From the IMG/VR virus record IMGVR_UViG_3300021387_000308, positions 1 to 38,036 of that record: a DNA stretch of 38,036 nt. One strand, written 5' to 3'. Source of the stretch: a virus (Duplodnaviria > Heunggongvirae > Uroviricota > Caudoviricetes). Below the pieces are notes generated by a model that was not told where the DNA came from, did no database searches, and saw only the letters and a list, made by a program, of their open reading frames with translations. The stretch's first letter is position 1, and every line of letters starts with the position of its first letter. The position numbers and the translations under genes are program-made. Below, one piece after another: positions 9,631 to 18,800 of the stretch.

Positions 9631-9745
9631 TAATTAAAATACAGCGTATAATATATTTAATTCTTCATATCAGGAATAAAAGGAATATATTTTGATGGTA
9701 GTATAACTTGATAATTATTTTTTATTCTAATGGAGGTATTATATT

Positions 9746-10516
9746 ATGATGAATACAGATGGACTTAGTGCAGCGGATCTTGCAGCAGTAGTTGGGAATA
9801 ATAATGATGGATTTGGCAATGGTAATGGCGCTTGGTGGCTTTTAGTTCTTCTTCTTTTCGCCAATAATGGTTGGGGAAATGGATGGAACGGAAATGGTGC
9901 TTCTGGTGCTATGATGGGATATGCTACATAGCAGGATGTTCAGAGTGGTTTTGACCAGGCAGCCATTATGAGTGGAATTAATGGTATTAACAGCACTCTG
10001 AGTAATGGATTTGCAAATGCTGAAATTTCTCGTGCAGCTACACTTGCTAATCTTACAAATCAGATGAATACTATTGCTATGAATCAGTAGCAATGCTGCT
10101 GCAACAATTAGTTATAGGTAGCCAACCTTGGAGCGTAGATTGCTTCCGAAGCATGTGCTGATCGCCAATCGGTAAATGATGGTGTTCGTGATCTTATGGC
10201 TAATAATACTGCAAATACTCAGGCTCTTCTTAATACTATTAATAGTGGTATTCAGTCTATTCAAGACAAATTATGTCAGCAGGAAATTGATGCTCTTAAA
10301 ACTCAGAATGCAAATCTTTAGACATAGCTTAATCTTGCGAACCTTCGTGGTTCTCAGGATGCACAGACTGCTGCTATTTTAGCTAACAATGATGCTTAGA
10401 CAGCTGCTCTCGAAAGATACCTTGCTCCAACACCAATTCCAGCATACGTTGTGCAGAACCCTAATTGCTGTGCGCAGAATTTTGGTTATGGTTGCGGTTG
10501 TGGCGTAAATGGTTGA
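9746..10516 (+). CDS. Gly/Asn-rich, hydrophobic-N-terminus, Cys-cluster coiled-coil protein, 256 aa; cassette gene 4
   Basis: RBS GGAGGT. GAWWLLVLLLF is flanked by GN-rich segments; QQCCC at about 10088-10102; C-terminal PIPAYVVQNPNCC...GYGCGCG. TAG read-through to TGA 10514-10516. Confidence 0.8.
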
Positions 10517-10531
10517 TTGGAGGTGGCGTAT

Positions 10532-11005
10532 ATGGCCGAATATTCAGCAAATGCTGTTTAGACAGTAAATCCTGGCGAAACTGTAATTTTTACAGAAGCA
10601 CCAGTTCCATGCAATCGTGGTTTAGTACGCCATCGTGATGGTACTGGTAATTTTCTTTTAAGCGGTTTTGTTCCAAATAGTTTTAGTAGAGGATGTTGCT
10701 GTAATAGAAAAAACAGCGCTAATTATTTAATTGATTTTGGTGCGAATATAGCTATCCCAACTGGTGGTACTCCGGGAGAAATTTCTATCGCAATAACAAT
10801 TGATGGTTCTACGATACCCTCTTCCACAATGATTGCAACTCCAGCGGTAATCGAAGAATATTTTAATATATCTCGTGCAATTAACGCACAGATTTGGCGT
10901 GGATGTTGTGAGACAATCGCTGTAAGAAATACAAGTGATTAGCCAATTTTAGTTTAGAATGCGAATATTATTTTTTCGCGTCCTGACTTGATAGTTACAC
11001 GGTAA
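10532..11005 (+). CDS. Beta-sandwich protein resembling BclA C-terminal/C1q-TNF-like domains, 157 aa; cassette gene 5
   Basis: RBS GGAGGTGG, ATG 10532. Alternating beta-strand pattern (AVQTVNPGETVIFT, NYLIDFGANIAIP, ETIAVRNTS, VQNANIIF) with CCC and CC motifs. Three TAGs; TAA 11003-11005. The fold call is by eye. Confidence 0.65.
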
Positions 11006-11012
11006 GGAGGAG

Positions 11013-11459
11013 ATGAAAATGCAAGAATTTGATAATATTAAAGATATGGTTTATTGTGAACTTGATGAAATTTCTCATTAGGGTAAACTTGATATGAATA
11101 CTGTAAAAGTTCTTGGCGAACTTGTAGATATTCTTAAAGATATTGGCAGTGTAGAAATGTTTGAAGAAGGTATCGATATTCAGGGCGAAGAATATCCAAC
11201 ACCAAATGGATATAGCCGTAACGGTGGTTATTCTTAGAGGAGAATGCCAATTTATTATGATAATGGCGGCAACAGCTACGGTAATAGTTATAATAATTAT
11301 CGTGGTGGAAATGGTGGTTATTCGCGTAGAAGTCGTGGTTATAGCTATGATGATAGTAAGGTTCATATGATAGAAAAGCTTAACCATCTTATGATGGAAG
11401 CTTCAGATCAACAGGACAAAGAAGCAATTCAGAGACTTATTGATTAGATGCAGAAGTAA
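11013..11459 (+). CDS. Hypothetical protein with a helical N-terminus and a G/Y/S/R-rich low-complexity region, about 148 aa (alternative start 11019); cassette gene 6
   Basis: RBS AAGGAGG. Reads ELVDILKDI...GYSRNGGYSQRRMP...GNSYGNSYNNYRGGNGGYSRRSRGYSY. Three TAGs; TAA 11457-11459. Confidence 0.75.
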
Positions 11460-11530
11460 TATAAAGTTCTAAAAAAACGAGTATTGAAGTTTTGAGTATG
11501 TTAAAAACTGTATTTTAATTTATTATATAT

Positions 11531-11561
11531 TGAGGGTGGTGTCACTACTACCCTCTTTTTT
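11531..11561 (+). terminator. Rho-independent terminator closing the cassette
   Basis: TGAGGGTGG-TGTCACTA-CTACCCTC-TTTTTT. Confidence 0.85.
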
Positions 11562-11582
11562 GTGAATAAAAGGAGATATGAT

Positions 11583-12128
11583 ATGTCTATAAAATTATCA
11601 TTTTTTATGACTAAATATAAAATCAAAAAAACAAATGATGAAAAATTACAGATGGTTAAGGAACATGTTTTAAATCAATATGTTCCTTTTGAGAAAAAGG
11701 CAGATGTAGCGAAAGCTATTGTAGATAATAGTTATTGGCGAGAGGAAGAAATTAACGGAGAAAAACGTAAAGTCCTTCATATAGATTCCGTAGCTAATTA
11801 TATGTTGAAGTGTATGGCAATTGTTGATCTTTATACTGACATTGAACGTCAAAAAGGTGATGGAAAAATGTTAGAAGATTTTAATACTCTTAATGGTTCT
11901 GGTATATTAGATTTTATAATTCAAAGTATTGATCAAAGGGAGTTGAAAGAATTTAATATGATATTGCAAATGACTCAAGATGATGTCGTTGCTAATGAAT
12001 TTGAAAATCATGCGTTCATATCTCAACAGGTAGAACGCTTTGGAAAACTTATTGGTACTGCTCTCTCCCCTGTAATTTCACAGTTGGACATTGGACAGAT
12101 CGAAAAGGTTATAGATCAATTTAAGTGA
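11583..12128 (+). CDS. Hypothetical protein upstream of TMP (possible tail assembly chaperone), 181 aa
   Basis: RBS AAGGAGA favours ATG 11583 over the track GTG at 11562. No TAGs; ends in TGA. Confidence 0.75.
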   Translation: MSIKLSFFMTKYKIKKTNDEKLQMVKEHVLNQYVPFEKKADVAKAIVDNSYWREEEINGEKRKVLHIDSVANYMLKCMAIVDLYTDIERQKGDGKMLEDFNTLNGSGILDFIIQSIDQRELKEFNMILQMTQDDVVANEFENHAFISQQVERFGKLIGTALSPVISQLDIGQIEKVIDQFK

Positions 12129-12144
12129 ATGTGATTTTTTATAT

Positions 12145-12190
12145 GGGGATTCCAGTTATATGATTGGATCCCCATTTTTTACGATTTTTA
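12145..12190 (+). promoter_or_regulatory. Hairpin plus conserved tail motif (copy 2)
   Basis: GGGGATTCCAGT...ATTGGATCCCC followed by ATTTTTTACGATTTTTA. Confidence 0.55.
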
Positions 12191-12213
12191 TATAGAAATG
12201 GTGGTGAAAAATT

Positions 12214-12807
12214 ATGAGTGTATATTCTGCATCTGAAAGTATCAATATTGATTTTAGCAAACTAGATGCTGCTGCTGATGATATGATTGATGCTGCAAAT
12301 GTTGTTATAAATAAAATAAGACCAAAATATAATAAGAAAGCAAAATTTGCTCTTGAATTGTTGGGAGATCATGCTGTTACTCAATTTTATGATTCATATG
12401 GTCCTCATGTATATAATAGAAAAGAAGATTTATTTAATGCATATAAAGTAACCGCTAATAATTAGGAATGGTATATAGAAACTGGATAGGAGTTTATGCA
12501 TGGTGGTCATCGCGCCAGTAATGAAACTATTTATAAAAATTCTTTTGAACTTGGTTGGCATGGCGGTGCATTTGATAGTAAGAAAGGTGATCATCCATCT
12601 CCTGGTACTCCATATTGGAGAGCGCCAGTTGGTCAATATACGTATTGGTTGAGTCCAGCTATTCAAGGGCCATCACCAAAAGAAATAATTAGTTCAGAAT
12701 TAAACGAATATTTAGAACCAATTGAATAGCAATATGGTGATGAAGCTTGTGATTTTTTAGAAAAATATATTAAAAAGTTTGAAAGTGTTTTAGATATGTA
12801 TTTATAA
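12214..12807 (+). CDS. Hypothetical virion-region protein immediately before TMP, 197 aa
   Basis: SD GGTGGTG, ATG 12214. TAG read-through joins track ORFs 12214-12465 and 12496-12729; TAA 12805-12807. Confidence 0.75.
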
Positions 12808-12831
12808 TAGAAAAGAGGTGAAAAATAAATA

Positions 12832-15800
12832 ATGGCTGATAAATTTAGTAGTTCAGGAAGTGGTAATGCTAGAGTTTCTGATTTAATTAATTAGGTTAAA
12901 GAACTTGCTAGTACTGTTAAAGGTTTGGAAGGTCAGAAGTCAAATTTTGAAATTAACGCTAAAGATAATGCTTCAAAGGTGATGTCTAACGTTGAACAAG
13001 AATACGAAGATTTGCAGAAGAAAACTAAAAAGCCGATACAAATATAGATAGAAGACAAAGATATTTTTAATTCAGATAGAATATCTGATAGAGTAGCTGA
13101 AATAAAAGCAAGGTTGGAAAATTCAATAAGTAGAATAAATAATAATGGATAGTTTAGTAAAAAACAAGCAGAAATATTTATAAGAGAATATCTTGAACTT
13201 GAGCATTACATGGATCGTGTACAGGGATAGGTTGAATCCAGATTTAGTGATATGTATAAAAATATTGTTGAACATATCAGAGCTGGAAATAATGGTGGTC
13301 TTATAAAATTATTAAGTATTGATGAATTTAAGGAATTAACGCAAGGTGTCGATGCTGGTTTTGCTAAAACAGCAAAATAGGAATTTAATAAGAATTGGAA
13401 CGCAGCAAAACGCAATTTATCAAAAGAAGCAAATGCTGGAAACGCTGAAGAACAAGAAGCTTATCTTTCATCTTTGAAACAACAAATTGCTTCAGTATCA
13501 TAGGAATCTAGGGAATTAAAAGATACAATGAGTCAATTATTTTATACTGAAATAAACAAAGATGGAACCATAGAGTACTTCGATGAAGAATTGCAAAAAA
13601 TGGAAGATGTTAGAAAAAAGGCAAATGAGTTAAAATCTACTCTTTCTGCGTTTGAGGTTCCAAGAGGAAATACTCAATTAAAAAACATGATTTCTGAATA
13701 GATGCAAATATTAACAGGAGTTTAGTCAGATGTATCTGACAGAAAAGATACTATACAAAATGCAAGAAATGAGCGTTTACGTCAAATATAGGAATAGGAA
13801 GCCGAATTAGAACGAGCTGCACAAAGAAGAGCTGATGCTGTTAGATCATTAATAATGAGTGATGCTAATTATGAGGAATTTGGCAATCAAGGAATGTTGG
13901 ATGCTGCAATGGCAGAAGCGCGAGAAGCTGATGATGATGCTAGTTCAATATAGGAAATATATCAAGGTGTTGCTAAAAAACTACTTGAAGCAAAACAGCA
14001 GAAAGAACTTGCAGCTCAACAATTAGAAGAGACTAAAAGGAAGAGACAAAAATTAGATACATTTTTTGATGAATTGGCTGGCGGTGATTATAAAAAGCTT
14101 AGATAGTATAAATCAGATTATGCAGATTATTATAATAAGTTGTTAAATCCAGATGAAGATGTTGATGATATGATTGCTGCTATTTCAGCAAAACTTGGTT
14201 TGCTTAGATCTGGTGGGACTGGTGGTGGAACTGGTACAGGAACTGGCACTGGATTTACAGACTCTTTTGAAGCCCAAATGGAAGAAGAAGGCGAAAAAAC
14301 AAGAGAAGCTGGAAGACAAGCTAGAGAAGCATGGGAAGAAGCTGAAAAAGAATATGAGTCAATTGGGAGTATCAAGGAGCGAATAAGATAGGAATATCAA
14401 GAAAATCGTACTATTATATATGACGATTCAGATTATTATCATGCAAATCCAGATAGCGAAGATGATATAGATAATGAAAAAAATAGATTAAGTGAATTGA
14501 CTAGAATTTTAAAAAATTTGCAAGATAAGCGTGAAGATTATCAAAGAGATTTGGAAAATGCTCAAGGAGAATATAGCTATTATTCATCTGAAAAAGATGA
14601 TTATGGTGTTGAATCATATGCTTCTAATATTGAGGAATATTATAAAAATATATTGAAATATGATGATTTAATATCTTATATTCAAAAAGAATTGAATAGT
14701 GAATTGACTAATTTTAAACCCAGTGATACTTGGGGTACTGAAGAAATAAATTTTTTAATTGAGGCATTAAAACAACTTGTAATAGAAATACAAAAGGTAT
14801 CTTCTGCTCTTGGGACTATTGATGATGAAAGTGGTATAGCACCTTTATTATCTTAGTTTAAAGAATTTGGTGATACGATTAATAATGTATTTAATACTGA
14901 CAATATTGATAATTTTAAAAATTCTATAAAAAGTCTTTCAGATACTCTTGAAACAATATCACAATCTATTGGTATAATTGGAGATGGAAAATATAAGGCT
15001 GATAGAGAAAATACACTTTCTATTCGTGAAATGATGCGGAAAAATGGTGGGAAGTCTATTGTCCCATAGAATATGGTAATTGACGTTTCTGGTGGTGCAT
15101 CTAATAAAGCACAAGAAAGAGAAAAAGAAGAATAGAATTTTTGGAGAAAAAGATCTGAAGATTATGAAAAAGCATATGATAAAGTATTTGATATATTTAA
15201 GTAGAAAGATCCATTAATTAATGATGCTGATCAATTCTTGGTTGGATTATTAACACATTCTCCAACTTTAAGAAATTAGACATATGGTCAAGATATTGTT
15301 GAATTTTTTAGCAGAGGTAATGTTATAAATAAATATATAAATCCAGAAGATAGAATTAAATCTATTATGGATTTTTTTAAAGCAATAAAACCAGCTATAA
15401 AAGAAAATATTGAGGGGGAAGTATGGACTTTATTGCGAGATGATTATGCCAAATCAGAATTTAGTTCTTTTGACGAATATAAAAAAGCTAATAATAAAAA
15501 AGTAAAAGAAGTTATGGAATAGAATCCATATTATGATGTATTAAAATATCTCGAAAGTCGTCTTTCACCATCCGATTCAATGTCTAATATCAGAAGAAAA
15601 GTTGCAGATATAAATAAGATTTCAAAGAAAGCAAAGCAGGAATAGCCTGAAGATAAAGGATTTATGGATTATATTAAAAATCTTGATAATATTCAAAATT
15701 ATGGATCACAAATCAAAGACTTAATCAGCATGTTTGAAACACTTCAAAATACATTAAAAGATGGACTTGGATTAAAAGAACTTGATGATGGAACTACTAC

Positions 15801-18800
15801 TTCTTTCTTAAATGAATTATTGCAAAAGATGAATGAAATAACTGAAGCTGCTCAAAAACTTTCTTCTTCATTAAAAGAAGCATTTGGTATAAAAGAAGAT
15901 GGAACTGCAACGGATAAATTAAAGGAATTAGAAGAATCCGAATTTCCAATCGATATAAAACCAAAAAACACTTTAATTGATGCAATTCAAAAAATGTTAG
16001 ATGATGCTGATTTTACAATAGATGTTAAAGCAAATATGAATGGAAAAGATTCACCAGCTGAATTAATATCATAGATGGTTGGCGCTGATGTATTGACTAA
16101 AGTTGCTGGTGGAAATTTAAGAGAAAGAGCTATGATGTTTAATTCTAAAACTGGCTATCATACAAATCCTTTTATGGTTGGAGATAAAGGAATGGTTTCA
16201 TCATCAATGAATTAGGTTATTATGGCTTCTGCTACAGAAGCTGTAGATACATATATGCATACCCATCCTGCTCTCTTCCCTGGATTTTCAATAGCCCAAA
16301 ATGTTGGTGGCAGTTTAGAGGGTGACTATAAAGCTATGTATTAGCTTTATAAAGATAAAGGAATTAACACATAGATTAATGCCGCTCAAAATGGTGTAGC
16401 AATATTTGATGCAGAAGGTTTCTTTAAAAAGTATGGGAATTTATTTGAAGATGGTCAAATCGATAATACTATGTAGTTATTATATGATTCATATGAAGAA
16501 TCTGTAAAAGGTATTACTGAGTCTGCCAAAAAAATCTCTGATGTATTTCGAAATATTGATGGATTTAATGTACCATTAGATAAGATACTTGATTCTAATT
16601 TATTTACTGATACAAAAGGATCTGAGTTTAAAGATTTAATATCAAAAGTATGGAGAAATTCTTTTGGTGAATTTGATTCAAACATATTTACACAGGGATT
16701 GTTTCAGTATATAGATACTCTTCCATCTGATTATAATAAAACATTTAATTAGGCGATTAGAGACTATTTGTCTAAATCATTATCTGATTTTGGAATTGAT
16801 CAGTCTGAAATAAAATCTTATATTGAAGATTCTGGATTTGTAAAGTCTATGAAAGATGCCCAATCTATATGGATGACAAATATTTTAGGATCTGATCAAT
16901 TTGCTCCAAAAATATTACAATAGATAGCACCAGAAGTGTTTAGAAAAGCTCTTGGTATTGAAGATTTTAGTTCTTATATTAATTATCAAAGTATTGAACA
17001 ATTTAAAAGAAATTCTAGCGTTTTTGGCGGTAGAACAGATCCGTATAATGGAATTGTTAATTCTGCTAGTTCTGCTGCAAATGCAAAAAATGATTTTACG
17101 AATGCGAATAAAGAAGCAGCAGAATCTGTTGATCCTACTGTTGACGCTTTAGGTAAAGAAAATGTTGAATTCCATAATATTGCTGATGCTGCAGAAAAAG
17201 CCGCAGAAGGTAAAAGTATGGTTGCTGAAGAAAATGAGAAAGTTTCAAGTTCAAGTAGTGAACAATCTGACGAAAAATTAAATAGTCTTTCAGAACAAGA
17301 ACAAGAAATAGCTGATAAATCTAAATAGATTGCAACGGCTTTTGGTGAAAATCTTGGATTAGCAAAACAAACAGTAGATGCTTTAGCTGAAAGTATAAAA
17401 GACATGATTCAATCTTTAGCAAAAGGTAATATTGAGGATATTTCTTCTAATATATTAGATGTTATTTCAAAAGATAGTAAGCTAGTAAATAGTCTTGGTA
17501 TTGATGATGTTAGTGAAGCAAAAGATATAAGAAAATATCTCAAAGGAAGAAAAATAAAAATTTTACCGGAATATAGAGAAGAAGCTGGTGATGATTGGGA
17601 TAGATAGAGAAAAATGCTTGGCTTTAATATTATGCAAAATAACGGCGCTGATTTAGCAGAAGTAATTCGTGAAATGTAGAATATTGGGATAGGCACTTCA
17701 ATTAATTTAGATCAATCAAATGTTTAGATATGGAATGATTTAGTTGGTATTTTAGACAGGGCTGATTAGGAAACATCTGAATTAGTTGGTAATTTATTAA
17801 AAGCTAACGATGTAGATATAAGCGGTGTTGTATCGCAAGTTGAATCTCTTGTAAAAGTATTAAATCCAAATTATGGTGGCTCTATTTCTTCTCTATTTGA
17901 AGATGAAAGTCCGATTTCATCTGGTGTCAATGATACTGATATTATTATTGAATCAGAAGAACGTGTTGGAAACGCTGCGGAAGAAGCTACTGATAAGGTA
18001 TTGACATTATATAGAGCTTTTAATACTTAGCATGGCATATCTGGGAAAAATGGTATTTCTTGGTTTAGCGATGACATTGATGATATCGGGACATATCTTG
18101 ATAATGCACGTACACAAAAAGATGCAGTTGCAAAATTATTATTACAAAATAAAGATGGAATGTTGTCAATTGATGCTGGAGGAAAATCTTGGGATAATAT
18201 TTTATATGATGGTGCAGTAAGAACAACAGAATAGATAGCGGAAATGGCAAAATAGGCTGGTTATTTAGGCGTTGAATTTAAAAATATCCAAGATAATTAT
18301 AATGGAATTGGGACTGGCAAAGGAAGTGTTTTTGCCATTTTTGATGAAAACATTTTAAAAAGTGCTAATGAAGATACAAAAGCGTTTAGAGAGAGTTTAT
18401 CAGAATTGTCTAATGTATAGAAATACGTTCAAGACGCATTATATCAATTTAATGGAAAGCCCTTTGATGTATATGAGGAAGCAGCAATATCTTTCGATAG
18501 TATCGTTGAACGATATAAAGATGGCGTAATGGACATAAAGCAAGTATTTTCTGAAATAGATAATGAGAAAAATAGAATTCTATCAAAAGATAAACGAAGA
18601 GAAGATTTCACAAATACTGTTACAGATTTATGGGATTCGTTAAAATCTCAATCGGTTTATGCTGATGATATATATAAAGGTTTTGGGAAAAATAATATAT
18701 GGAAAGCTACTCTTTAGGGATTTTTAGACGGAACAATCGAAGAACAAAAAGCATTACAAGATTTAGAAACTGAATTTAGAAGAGTTCTTAAACTACCCAA

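Noticed and set aside
9631-9745. Sporulation sigma-factor (sigmaE/G/K) promoter in the cassette gap
   Set aside because: Partial GTATA/CATA matches have off-consensus spacing and are expected in very AT-rich DNA.
11583-12807. Programmed -1 frameshift joining tail chaperone genes (lambda G/GT type)
   Set aside because: No X XXY YYZ slippery site near the end of 11583-12128, and an 85-nt spacer with a hairpin and a separate SD lies between the genes.
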